A stretch of DNA of 64,000 nt, from contig NIVC01002714.1 of assembly GCA_002269645.1 (NCBI GenBank), positions 8,574-72,573 of the forward strand, read 5' to 3'. The stretch comes from Macrostomum lignano. Its lineage: Eukaryota. Shown here piece after piece: positions 39,979 to 52,649 of the stretch. The position numbers and the translations under genes were made by a program. How positions within the stretch are numbered: the first letter of the stretch is position 1; every line of letters begins with the position of its first letter. The notes under the pieces are model-generated. The model was not told the origin of the DNA. It did not search any database and saw nothing but the letters and a program-made list of their open reading frames with translations.

Positions 39979-42715
39979 GTTTGAAATCTGAAAGCTGGTC
40001 ACAGCTTTCTGGTCAAGATTTCTTAGATTGAAAGCGCCCTGTCCAAAGCACAGATAGAGCTAGCACTAGACTGAAATACTTTATATACTCGTAACAGTGG
40101 CCAAGGGTCAAATATTGCCTATTATCTTCGCAGGTTAGGCTAAATTGAACTGCATGGTGATGCATCTATTTGAGGCCAATAGTAGCACCCGCTAGTAGTG
40201 GTCGCACTGAGCTAGTAGATTTCTGAAAATCAGCTATTAGCTATGAGCATCAGCTATTTATGGAAATTTGAACCAGGCTTTACAAACTGAGATCTGTGAA
40301 CTAAAAGTTGTGAACTCTTTTGCCTAACAATTGTGACATTGCCTATAGTTGGAAAAAGCGCTGCAAAGACTAAAAAGTACCCACATCTTGTTTTGCATCT
40401 CTATGCTGTACTCTATTTCATGACATGAGAACACAAATGCCAAACAATTTATTGGAAAATTGCATGATGCTAGCACTAATCCAAAGCTCTTAGATAAAAG
40501 ATTTTACAATTCACTCTTGGCATGCAACTTTCTGTGCAACTTTCTGTGAGTTTCAAGGCAAAAAAAATTGCCAATTCCTAAGAAGCTCACCTAGGCCACT
40601 TTGAAGGTAAGTTCATAATATAAGGAGGATATGGCTATCAAAAAGAAAGCAAATAAGCTAGTAGCTATTTGAAAATCAGCCAAGGCAGAACAGGAAAAAC
40701 ACAATAAGAAGCCAAGAATGGAATGTAATGCCAATACAATCTGTAGAGTGCCTTGAGGCTAAAAGAAAAATTTAGCTAGCAATTAAGAGATTACACAAGG
40801 TGCCAAGGAAAGATTAGGAAGTTGTTATGCAAATGCAACTAACACATTTTGCATCAGAGTGGTTAATAATTGAAGATAGCATGCTATAGGCTATGTCATA
40901 CAATCCAATTCTCTCACCAAGGAAGCTATTCAATTGAAATGACAATTGGAACATGTTTTGCTCTATAAGCTATTGCCACCTAATATATCAATTATAGCCA
41001 ACTTGCATTGCCAATAAATAGACAGATTAGCTGCCAAATCAAATTAGCAAATTAGCAAATTAGCAAATTACCTAATTAGCAACCAAATCATGGCCTAATT
41101 CGATTCCTACACAATGCATATTTCCAAGGTGACTTGCCAAAAAAACCTGGACTAAGAACTAGGAAACCCTCTATATCGCTTGTAAGTCTTTCTATATAAA
41201 AAAAAACTTGGTTTGGAAAGCTCTGGAAACTGCAAGAACATTTTCAACAATCTAATTTAGGCCTATTACTAGTATATCTACTATACCTATGAATAGGCCT
41301 AGGCTCTATACTTTATATTTTTCTATCAATATGTTATATAGGCGGGTCCGCGGGGATAGGCCTATATAAATAAAAATATTTATTACAATGCTTAATGAGC
41401 TACTAGCAACACAGAAACAAAGACTAGATAGCACTAAATGCATTAAATGTGCAGTAACACAAGTTAAGGACAAATGGACAATTATTGCATTTAATATAAT
41501 TAATTTAACAGACAAGTGAAAAGGGTTTTCAAAGTTACATTTTGACAAGTTCTGGACTATTTATGGTTAGTTTGATTTTAATAAACGTTAAATTTTGTTG
41601 ACTTTAAAATGATAAGGCAGATAAAAACATTGAAACGAAATAGTATTATTTAATGATATTTGTTTTGCTTTTATACTTTCGATAATTTATAAATTGCGTT
41701 TGATTTATTTCAAAATTCAGTTTTGCAAGAAATAAACTGACTTAAGAGTCTAGACCAGAGTCAAACAGTCAAACTATAACTTTTAAGGGTTAAAGCCCGT
41801 AAATTACGGAACTTAATTTTTGCTAAAATTAAGTTACTTAGATTTCTAAGTACATTTCTAAGTACATTTCTAAGTACCTACTTAGATTTCTTAAGCTAGG
41901 CCTATATAACAACTTCTGACTTTATAAGCCAAGAGGATTTCTCGTTTAAATCAGGCTTGGCTTATTAATATTATTTGTGTATTGTATTTGTGTGTTATGT
42001 CATGTGCAACTACTAAGGTGTTCAAGCATTTTTTGCTCGTTGGCCCTGCCATAAAACAGTTTCATGTTATAAAGTAAATACAGTGCCAGAAAAAAATTAC
42101 TACATTCTAATTTTTCTTGAATTTAGTATTACAGCTTTTTATTTGTAGTTAAAACACTACACAGGCTTCAAATTCAAATAATTTGCTAGGCCTAGTATAG
42201 TTGTCTGGGCAGTTTGCTTTTGCAATTATTATGTACTATTATTATTATTATGCTTTAACCATTCTGTCTAACAGCATTCTGAGCATTTATTATGGGGGGA
42301 TTCCAGAATAGATAAGAAAAATTGACATTTTTTTGGAGTTGGAGAGAATCCCATATTTACAATGAGTTAAGTAGGCCTATGCAAATTCTTTCTAGAAATT
42401 TCTATTTGAAATGAATGTATTAATAGGCTAGTTCATAGCAGTTCATTTTATAATCCTTAAATTCACAAATATTTTTTATAACTACAAGTCAATTATTGAC
42501 TATAGGCCTAGTAGCCAACTAAAGCAAGTTTGCTTAAAATAAAAATTATATGGCATCAATATGATCTATATGTATATTGGGTTTAAATAGATTAGTTCCA
42601 TGGAGTGATGCCCAGTTTCGGAACTTGAAAAGCAGTTCTCTCACATATTTAAAGTTATAGATGGTCGTGAATTCAATTTGTATGTGTCTAACTACTTTTT
42701 GACACAAATTTTTTC

Positions 42716-45700
42716 ATGTCCTCTGGCAAGCAGCTCATCCGCAGTCGCAGCGGGCTCCGCATGGTGCCGCACGATTCAGCTGGCAGCAGCGAGCCCTCAC
42801 TGCTGTCCTTAGACGAACCCGCCTGGCAGAGTGATTGCGACTGTCCAGCCTGTAGTCTTTGCAGCTGCTGGTTTAGCCTATCAAACCGGCGCCATCACTG
42901 CCGGCGCTGTGGGGTGTGTGCCTGCTCACAATGCTGCCAGCGCCGCCTGCCGCTGCCGCGCATGGGCTTTGTGGATCCCGTGCTGCACTGCCAGGCATGC
43001 GCCGAGGCCACCAGAGCTGAAGCCGGCTTCTATGGCCGACAGATCCGCCTGCTTATCGCTGGCTGCACTTTCGAGCTGTCCTTGGGCGGCTCAGCAGCCG
43101 GAGTGTTCGTCTGCCGGCTGGCGACTGATCAGCGGTGCGCCTTGTCCTCTGGCTTTCCCTCACTCTCAGGTTCCTATTCTTTACCTCTTATCTCCCCTCT
43201 CCTTTTCCTCCCCTCTCTTCTCCCGCTCTTTTCCCCTCCCCTAGCCTCTTCCCGACCTTTCCCCTCCCCTCTCACCTCTTCCCGACCTTTCCCCTCCCCT
43301 CTCACCTCTTCCCGACCTTTCTCCTCTCTCCCCTCTTCCCGTCCTTTCCCCTCCCCTCTCACCTCTTCCCGACCTTTCCCCTCACCTCTTCCCGACCTTT
43401 CTCCTCCTCTCTCACCTCTTCCCGTCCTTTCCCCTCCCCTCTCACCTCTTCCCGACCTTTCCCCTCACCTCTTCCCGACCTTTCCCTCCTCTCTCCCCTC
43501 TTCCCGACCTTTCTCCTCTCTCACCTCTTCCCGACCTTTCCCCTCCCCTCTCACCTCTTCCCGACCTTTCCCTCCTCTCTCCCCTCTTTCCCTCTCCTTC
43601 TTCTCCCCTCTTCTTTTCTTTCCCTGTCCCCTCTCCCCTCTTTCATTCTCCTTTCCCCTCTCCTTTTCCCTTTTCCCTATACCCTTTCATTTATCCTCTC
43701 CTCTCCCCCTCTCACCTCCGTCCCGTCTACTCTTTCTTTCGCGCCTCAGACTTCTCTCCTCTTATGTAGTAAAACTTTTATCTTTAAAACTGGCCTTTTC
43801 AAAAAAATTTAATTTCCTTACCTTGCCTACATGTCAAATTCTACTGTCTTAATATCCCTCCCAAAAAGCCGCTAATGCAAATAATGACAAACAGAGTGAT
43901 TTATTACTACTTATTGTCTCACGCGCAGGTCTCTACAATTTGAAGGCGGTGGCAGCGGCTTGGCATCCACCAAGCCGGAACCAATTCCCCTGCTGGCTGT
44001 GCAGAGCTGTGACCTCGTCACTGTTATTGATTCCGATGGTAAATCAGTTCTCTATATATCGAATCGGTTCCATGGGATCTGTATGTGCAGTTTGCTTCCC
44101 TTTGTTTTGTAACTTGCTTGTCTTCACTGCAAAAAGAAGCCTATGCCCTGCTTTCATTTCCTTTATATTTCGTATGATAGACTATAAACTGGATTCTGTT
44201 TGATGCTTGGCTTTGCTGACATATCTCTTTGAAGACCTTGACGCTGAAAAAGTCATATGAAATCGTCTAGAGTCAGCCCCATCAATCGCACAGAGTCAGC
44301 CCCATCACTCGCACAGAGTCAGCCTCATCAATCGCACAGAGTCAGCTTCATCAATCGCACAGAGTCAGCCCCATCAATCGCACAGAGTCAGCTTCATCAA
44401 TCGCACAGAGTCAGCCCCATCACTCGCACAGAGTCAGCCCCATCAATCGCACAGATTCAGCCCCATCAATCGCACAGAGGCAGCCCCATCAATCGCACAG
44501 AGTCAGCCTCATCAATCGCACAGAGTCAGCTTCATCAATCGCACAGAGTCAGCCCATCAATCGCACAGAGTCAGCCCCATCAATCGCACAGAGTCAGCTT
44601 CATCAATCGCACAGAGTCAGCCCCATCAATCGCACAGATTCAGCCCCATCAATCGCACAGAGGCAGCCCCATCAATCGCACAGAGTCAGCCTCATCAATC
44701 GCACAGAGTCAGCCCCATCAATCGCACAGATTCAGCCCCATCAATCGCACAGAGTCAGCTTCATCAATCGCACAGAGTCAGCCCCATCAATCGCACAGAG
44801 TCAGCCCCATCAATCGCACAGAGTCAGCTTCATCAATCGCACAGAGTCAGCCCCATCAATCGCACAGAGTCAGCCCCATCAATCGCACAGAGTCAGCTTC
44901 ATCAATCGCACAGAGTCAGCTTCATCAATCGCACAGAGTGAGCTTCATCAATCGCACAGAGTCAGCTTCATCAATCGCACAGAGTCAGCTTCATCAATCG
45001 CACAGAGTCAGCTTCATCAATCGCACAGAGTGAGCTTCATCAATCGCACAGAGTCAGCTTCATCAATCGCACAGAGTGAGCTTCATCAATCGCACAGAGT
45101 CAGCTTCATCAATCGCACAGAGTCAGCTTAATCAATCGCACAGAGTGAGCTTCATCAATCGCACAGAGTCAGCTTCATCAATCGCACAGAGTCAGCTTCA
45201 TCAATCGCACAGAGTCAGCTTCATCAATCGCACAGAGTCAGCTTCATCAATCGCACAGAGTGAGCTTCATCAATCGCACAGAGTCAGCTTCATCAATCGC
45301 AAGCCCCCCACCGACCCGCAGCCAGCAGTCTGCCTTGCGGCATCCGCATCTGCTGGCGCAACTCCTCGGGCGAGTCGGTGAGAGCCGAGCTGTCCAGCCG
45401 ACGTCCGGAGACGCAGCGCACCACGCTGGCCTGGGTGTCGGCTCTGCAGACGGTGAGGCTGAGGCTTGGCTGTCTCTGTTTTTTTTTGGGATTCAGAAAT
45501 CTCCATGAAAAGTCTCCAGTTTTTAAAAAGAGGATCAATATCAGATATATTTTAACATTTTGGAACAATTGCTGCTATTTACTATCCAAGAAAAATCACC
45601 CCTATTGACAATCCTGGAAAAATCCTATTTACCCTATTTACTATTTAAATTACTATTCTAAAACCCTATTTACTATTGTATTATAGAAAATCGGCCCTAT

Positions 45701-46472
45701 TTTTTTCTAGAAAATCACCCCTATTCACAATCCTAGAAAATCGCCCCTATTCACAGTCCTAGAAAATCGCCTCTATTTACAATCCTGGAAAAATCAACCC
45801 TATTTACAATTCTAGAAAATCGCCCCTATTTACAATCCTAGAAAAATCGCCCCTATTTACTACGCTAGAAAATCGCCCCTATTTACTATCCTGGAAAATC
45901 GCCCCTATTTACTATCCTGGAAAATTGCCCCTATTTACAATCCTAGAAAAATCGCCCCTATTTACAATCCTAGAAAATCGCCCCTATTTACAATCCTAGA
46001 AAATCGCCCCTATTTACAATCCTAGAAAATCGCCCCTATTTACTATCCTGGAAAATCGCCCCTATTTACTATCCTGGAAAATCGCCCCTATTTACTATCC
46101 TAGAAAATCGCCCCTATTTACTATCCTGGAAAATCGCCCCTATTTACTATCCTGGAAAATCGCCCCTATTTACTATCCTGGAAAATCGCCCCTATTTACT
46201 ATCCTAGAAAATCGCCCCTATTTACTATCCTGGAAAATCGCCCCTATTTACTATCCTGGAAAATCGCCCCTATTTACTATCCTGGAAAATCGCCCCTATT
46301 TACTATCCTAGAAAATCGCCCCAATTAATTAACTATCCTGGAAAAATCGTCTGCAAATAAAAGAATAACTGCAATATCAGTAATCTGCTCTGCACTCCGG
46401 TTCCAGGCGATGAAGATTGTTGCCGATTTTAAGCGGCGCACAATGACCGAATGCTCAATCTCAATCGATTAA
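42716..46472 (+). CDS. ZFYVE21: Zinc finger FYVE domain-containing protein 21; exons 42716-43134, 43929-44038, 45322-45452, 46407-46472
   Basis: LIRSRSGLRMVP, EPAW, RRHHCRRCG, RMGFVDPV..C..C, FY.RQI.LL..G.TF, CRL..DQR, AWVSALQ match the ZFYVE21 layout; phases consistent. Confidence 0.9.
43190..43740. repeat. CT-rich minisatellite (about 30 bp; cttcccgacctttcccctcccctctcac) in ZFYVE21 intron 1
   Basis: Degenerate tandem units. Confidence 0.88.
44268..45300. repeat. 23-bp minisatellite (agtcagcttcatcaatcgcacag) in ZFYVE21 intron 2
   Basis: About 45 units; ccc-to-ttc variant gradient along the array. Confidence 0.95.
45590..46345. repeat. 26-bp minisatellite (aaaatcgcccctatttactatcctgg) in ZFYVE21 intron 3
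   Basis: About 27 units, more degenerate at the 5' end. Confidence 0.93.
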
Positions 46473-48577
46473 ATAAATAACAGAAATCGCGTAAAACTCG
46501 CTAATCGGACTGATCAAAAAATAGAATCTCACTCCAGGCACCTCACTTCTACTACTGTCAGTAGCTAACGGATTATAAAACGTGCTACAACTATAAACTT
46601 ATTTTTATTATCAAATATTGTGCAATATTAACGGAATTTTTTTTTCGCACTGACTGAATTTTGTGCTACATGTTTTTGTTATGATTTAGTACAGATTTAC
46701 AACAATTTTTGTTTATCAGTAGCGTGACAAAAAAACTTTCAATCGTTTTTGTACAATCAAAGTTTCTTTTGAAAAAAAAAATTGGCATGTCCAAAAAGTC
46801 TCAATTTTTTATTTACAGATCTTCCCACTAATTGTTTAAATAGTATTTTCAGTACTCATTCGACAGCCAATAGTTTTAGCTTTACTTTTCTCTTTTGCAC
46901 CTACATGTATTACTAAAAGGAAAAAAATATAATTTATTTAAATTGATCAGAATCGCATTGAAATATCTGACCATAAATAGTTTTTCTCATTCACTTATTT
47001 TTAGAATATCATTTTACTACTACTAGCAGTAGTTATGTTTTTAAAATCTCTTTTACCACTGCTTGCTCCAATATCTGTCAGCCTTTTTGTATTTGATTTA
47101 CTGCCACCTAATTTAATTTATGCAGGAAATTTTCACCTGATATTTTGTATAGAATTAAGCATAAACTTTTTTTGGCTTCCATTGTGTTGCGTATAAGCCT
47201 GTTTTCTCAAGACTGCAACTTTTAAATTTATATTTATCGATTGTCATCCTAAATAAGCAAGTCAATAAATCAAAAATACAATTGTTTGTAGCAGGATCGC
47301 AAATTCATTCGGAAGTTAAACAGTTAATTATACAATCAAAGTTTTTCTTAGAAACCGAGTTTCCCGACCTTCTATACTTTAATTCTCCTTGGCATGACGA
47401 AAGTCGAGGCCGCCAGTTACTAGTTGGTTGCGAAAAAACATGCGTCATATTGTACATAAGGCACAGCGATAATTTTTTGTCACACGCATTGGGCCATTAT
47501 TTCAGTCTTAGTCAGCCTAAGAGCTATAGACACGTTTATTGAGAAGAGAACATAAAAACGTTGAATTGTTAACAAAACAATATTTTCGAGGATGACGTAA
47601 TATAGCAGTCAACAAAGGTTTACGGCTAGTACGAGTCATGGTAGCACTCGGTCCAGGGCGATAGCTGATCATTACTTGTCAGCCCGTTCAGAGAATCAAC
47701 AGGTAGATTACTCTAATTGATGAGAGCCATGCGCTACATATAGTTTCGTAGTCAACGAGGGCTATTCTATTTCTCGACTCACGTTTTCCGTTACTTTAAT
47801 TGTTTGAACCTTTTCATTTCAAGCATTTCTTCTTCGCACTAAGGAACAAGTCAGTTCTTCAGTCTCGACCATAGATAGGTCTTCTATTCTTATATAAATT
47901 CTTATATAAAGAGTTATAAAAAAGGTACTAAATAAACTAAGCATAATGCATGCACTGCAGAGACTAGTGACGAAATTGAGTTCAGTAGTTGATTTTCGCG
48001 CTGTCGCGAGTTGCAAAAATTTTCACATTAGCTTCTATGGTGGCCCATCTTGTGTATACTCGTATATGATCTTTGGTCTGGACCGTCGGGTAAAGACCAT
48101 AGACTACATTAAACAGTCGTGCTTTCTGCATGAAATTGAAGAGACCGTAGATCTTTCACGGGCCGTATTAAATCTGCTCTAAAGATAAAGATTACCCAGC
48201 CGGTGCTTCGTGTGAGCAAGCTTGTACTCGTACATGTACATACAAGTTCTAGCAAAGCCTCCTGTTAAACTTGAATGTTTGTCGCGAGCAAAGAATGATA
48301 ACTATTGTTTGATATTCCTGCTTACTGACTTTTAAGCAGTCTTTTGAGAAGAAATTTCTGGCCAATTACCATTGAACCATCGAGAAAGGCGTTGCTTTTT
48401 TAAAACTAACGGCAGCATATGCTCGCACTGTGATTCAGCAAAGTGACGAACATTTAATATATTTTGCAAAAGTAGATGCCGATTGTTTATTATGTAATTA
48501 AATTGTCCCAATAGCTTTTGTTAACATAATTAACTTTTCCAGTCTATACAGTACTCGTAATTCAGGGTTAAAACAGG

Positions 48578-48960
48578 ACAGGTCACCCGAAGTCACTCCA
48601 AGGTCACCAATTGGGTCAACAGAGGTCACCCAAGCTCAACCCAGGTCAGTAGAGGTCGCCAAACGTCACTGCAAGGTCAGTCGAAGGTCAGCACGTAAGG
48701 CCACCCAAAGTCACCCAAGGTCAACCGAGGTCAATAGAAGTCACCCAAGGTCATCAATTGGGTCAACAGAGGTCACCCAAGCTCAACCGAGGTCAGTAGA
48801 GGTCACTCAAGGTGAGCCAAGCTCCACCCAGGTCAGTAGAGGTCGCCAAAGGTCACTGCAAGGTCAGTCGAAGGTCAGCACGTAAGGCCACCCAAAGTCA
48901 CCCAAGGTCAACCGAGGTCACTAGAAGTCACCCAAGGTCACCGAGGTCAGCACAGGTCGC
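48578..48960. repeat. AGGTCA-rich compound repeat in the 3' UTR of the EF-hand gene
   Basis: About 20 AGGTCA hexamers with longer duplicated blocks. Confidence 0.8.
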
Positions 48961-49555
48961 CAAACAGCCTGGAGTACGGCGAGCTCTCATCCTCGCTGAT
49001 GTAGAAGTCGGCCAGGGCGCTCAAGAAGTCCTCCTTCGCCACGGCTCCATCGCGCTGCATCAGCTCGAACATCTCGTCCCTGGCGCGGTCGCCGATGCCT
49101 CAGGCCTCGGTGAAGATCCGGTACTCCTCGCGCGAGATCCTCTCGTCGCCGTTGTGGTCCATCGCCTTGAACAGCTCCTGGCCGTAGCGGGTGACGTCAT
49201 CGCGCAGCGGGCCGTTGACCATCCGGCACTTCTGCGCCACGTACTGGTCGGCGCTGATGCCGGAGCCGCCCTCCCTCGGCCTGTAGTAGTCATCCCAGAT
49301 CCTCAGCATCACCGCCCTGACGTCCTCGGCGCGCTGGCCCGACAGGCCGCCCAGGCGGACCATCTCGTCGCCGATGGCGCGGAAGTCGTCGCGGGTCAGC
49401 AGCCCGGAGCCGCTGCGGTTCATCCGGCGGAAACTCGTGCGCAGCTTCCGCTGCCAGAAGTCGCCGAAGCCGTTCGGCGGGTAGTCGGCGGGACGGCGCG
49501 GCTTTGGCTTCGTGGCATCCACGGCTGACGGGCTGGGGCTGATGGCGGAACTCAT
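48947..49555 (-). CDS. Sarcoplasmic calcium-binding protein / calexcitin-like EF-hand protein (about 202 codons) interrupted by an in-frame TGA at 49102-49100
   Basis: FWQRKLRTSFRRMNRSGSGLLTRDDF (EF1), canonical EF loop DHNGDERISREE; after the TGA: GIGDRARDEMFELMQRDGAVAKEDFLSALADFYISEDESSPYSRLFGDLC*. Confidence 0.85.
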
Positions 49556-49559
49556 TGCT

Positions 49560-50730
49560 GCCTGCTGAGGGCAGGGGAGAGTCACTGACTGCTGAGGGTC
49601 AGGAGAGAGAGTCACTGACTGCTGAGGGTCAGGAGAGAGAGTCACTGACTGCTGAGGGTCAGGGGAGAGAGTCACTGACTGCTGGGGGTAAGGGGAGAGA
49701 GTCACTGACTGCTGAGGGTCAGGGGAGAGAGTCACTGACTGCTGAGGGTCAGGGGAGAGAGTCACTGACTGCTGAGGGTCAGGGGAGAGAGTCACTGACT
49801 GCTGAGGGTCAGGGAGAGAGTCACTGACTGCTGAGGGTCAGGGGAGAGAGTCACTGACTGCTGAGGGTCAGGGGAGAGAGTCACTGACTGCTGAGGGTCA
49901 GGGGAGAGAGTCACTGACTGCTGAGGGACAGGGGAGAGAGTCACTGACTGCTGAGGGTCAGGGGAGAGAGTCACTGACTGCTGAGGGTCAGGGGAGAGAG
50001 TCACTGACTGCTGAGGGACAGGGGAGAGAGTCACTGACTGCTGAGGGTCAGGGGAGAGAGTCACTGACTGCTGAGGGACAGGGGAGAGAGTCACTGACTG
50101 CTGAGGGACAGGGGAGAGAGTCACTGACTGCTGAGGGTCAGGGGAGAGAGTCACTGACTGCTGAGGGACAGGGGAGAGAGTCACTGACTGCTGAGGGTCA
50201 GGGGAGAGAGTCACTGACTGCTGAGGGTCAGGGGAGAGAGTCACTGACTGCTGAGGGTCAGGGGAGAGAGTCACTGACTGCTGAGGGTCAGGGGAGAGAG
50301 TCACTGACTGCTGAGGGTCAGGGGAGAAAGTCACTGACTGCTGAGGGTCAGGGGAGAGAGTCACTGACTGCTGAGGGACAGGGGAGAGAGTCACTGACTG
50401 CTGAGGGACAGGGGAGAGAGTCACTGACTGCTGAGGGTCAGGGGAGAGAGTCACTGACTGCTGAGGGACAGGGGAGAGAGTCACTGACTGCTGAGGGTCA
50501 GGGGAGAGAGTCACTGACTGCTGAAGGTCAGGGGAGAGAGTCACTGACTGCTGAGGGACAGGGGAGAGAGTCACTGACTGCTGAGGGTCAGGGGAGAGAG
50601 TCACTGACTGGTGAGGGTCAGGGGAGAGAGTCACTGACTGCTGAGGGTCAGGGGAGAGAGTCACTGACTGCTGAAGGTCAGGGGAGAGAGTCACTGACTG
50701 CTGAGGGTCAGGGGGAGAATCACTGACTCT
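49560..50730. repeat. 30-bp minisatellite (ggggagagagtcactgactgctgagggtca), about 39 copies, directly upstream of the EF-hand ATG
   Basis: Highly homogeneous units. Confidence 0.96.
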
Positions 50731-51357
50731 GCTGACTGCTGTGCTCAAGCCTTAAGGGATCAAACTGTAAGGGATAAAGTTATCAATGCCAGAAGATCAA
50801 GAGTTCTCAGAAAGGTCCAGCAGCCGCAGTTCGAACCCTCCTGAACCCGCCAGTCACGATGGCCTCAAAGAAGTCTAGCGGGCAGACCGGCAGCCAATGT
50901 TTGACTGGCTTCAGGTGTTCGGCTAATCGTATGGCAAAAAATTAAATAAAAAATCCGCTTCCAGGGCGGCGGGCCAAGTGCTGCTCACTCTGCCATTCAA
51001 CTCAACCGAAGAAACAAGATTTTCCGTGGCCAAAAAAGGCAACTCTGGTGTCTGAGAGAGCTGACAGATTTTTTTGCTAAACCTCTTGTAGTGGGCAGAA
51101 GAAGCAGTGCGGTTCTCAAGGCTCAAGGTCTGCGGTTCTGCGGATAAGTTGGGAATGGAATTTCAACTCGCACTGCCCGCACTTTGCTGTGCGGGTTCTG
51201 CGAGACTGGTGGGAGGAAATGCAGAACTGGAGTGCCGATGAAGGGCAAGGTGGAGAGATGGGACCGGAGATGATGGGAAAAATGTGAGAGGATCGACATG
51301 AAGCCGTGTGAGAGGGAGGGAGATGGGGAGAGTGAGGAGAGGCTTGATGTAGAGTGA

Positions 51358-51772
51358 GAAGCTGGATGGAGAGTGAGAGGCTGGATGGAGAGTGAGAGGC
51401 TGGATGGAGAGTGAGAGGCTGGATGGAGAGTGAGAGGCTGGATGGAGAGTGAGAGGCTGGATGGAGAGTGAGAGGCTGGATGGAGAGTGAGAGGCTGGAT
51501 GGAGAGTGAGAGACTGGATGGAGAGTGAGAGACTGGATGAAGAGTGAGAGGCTGGATGGAGAGTGAGAGACTGGATGAAGAGTGAGAGGCTGGATGGAGA
51601 GTGAGAGACTGGATGAAGAGTGAGAGGCTGGATGGAGAGTGAGAGACTGGATGAAGAGTGAGAGGCTGGATGGAGAGTGAGAGACTGGATGAAGAGTGAG
51701 AGGCTGGATGGAGAGTGAGAGACTGGATGAAGAGTGAGAGATTGGATGGAGAGTGAGAGACTGGATGGAGAG
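51358..51772. repeat. 19-bp GA-rich minisatellite (ggctggatggagagtgaga)
   Basis: About 21 units. Confidence 0.93.
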
Positions 51773-52649
51773 CTTCCACAAGCAGCAGAGTCGACAGTCT
51801 GCCGGACCTTCAAAGTCCCGCCAGCGGCCGCTGCAGCCGAGACTCACCGCTGCTCAAGTCGGGTGTCCGGTCGGTCCTGTCGCGGATTGCAAAGTCGGCG
51901 GCTGTCGCGGCTTTGAGTTGGGAAATTTATCCTCTCAGAATTTAAAGTGGGACAAAATCCCCTAGCCAGAGATTGATTGTGGGAATTGCGGCGGCTGCTC
52001 GCTTGCAGAGGATTTTTGGGGAAAACTGAACGGGATTGGGGAAATTCGCTGGGGGGAGGCCTGAGCCAATGGGATCTCACACGGCTTTGAGGACTGCGCA
52101 GACAAACAAAAGCAGCTGTGGAGCAAGGGCGACGCCACGGAATTGGGGATAAATTTCCTCTTCTATGAGACAAGAACTGGAGACGGCACTGAGGGCTTGG
52201 CAGGCCACCAGCCGGACTCAGTCAGCTCAGGTCGGCAAACACTTCGCGTGCTGGAAACTGAGCCCCCATAACTGCATTTAAAGAAACTGTCATGAGTTGC
52301 AAAACAGAGCCTGAGAGAGATGGAGCGGCCTCATCAGGGGAGGGCAGCGCATTACGGATGCACTGAGCAAATCCAGCGGCCTCCACTGCCGCCAGCCCCG
52401 CCCTCTGCCAAGACTTCTTCTAGGAGAGCATTTCCCGGGCAAATACTTGAGTCTGAGGCCGGGAGACTTAAATCAACACAGCTACAGTTTCTTTCAGCAG
52501 ATCTGCTGCTCAATCACTGAGGACTGTTTGCTTTTGCAGTGGAGATTTCTGGCTGCGGCTCATTGCTGCTTTTAGGGGCAAATTGTGGAGCACTGGGCGA
52601 CATTGATTGATGAGAGCGGCGCGGAATGAGCTGGAAGGTAAGAAGGGTT

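Larger units (their letters stand above)
37049..40279. mobile_element. PIF/Harbinger DNA transposon, full-length but inactive
   Basis: TIRs AGCCTGGTTCACATTTCC and GGAAATTTGAACCAGGCT (1 mismatch, extending imperfectly to about 50 bp); TTA TSD at 37046-37048 and 40280-40282; two convergent genes. Confidence 0.92.

Noticed and set aside
48535-48590. Candidate SECIS (GTGAC-N12-AA-N23-GA spacing on the minus strand)
   Set aside because: The spacing fits, but helix II does not base-pair by eye; it needs SECISearch for a firm answer
49100-49102. Genome-wide UGA reassignment
   Set aside because: NDUFAF5 and the 53482 ORF end normally at TGA, and the EF-hand frame itself ends at a second TGA
49792-50748. 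318-aa PQQSVTLSPD repeat as an N-terminal extension of the EF-hand protein
   Set aside because: The frame is broken within the array (separate ORFs at 49795 and 49792), and a good acceptor and ATG context exists at 49555
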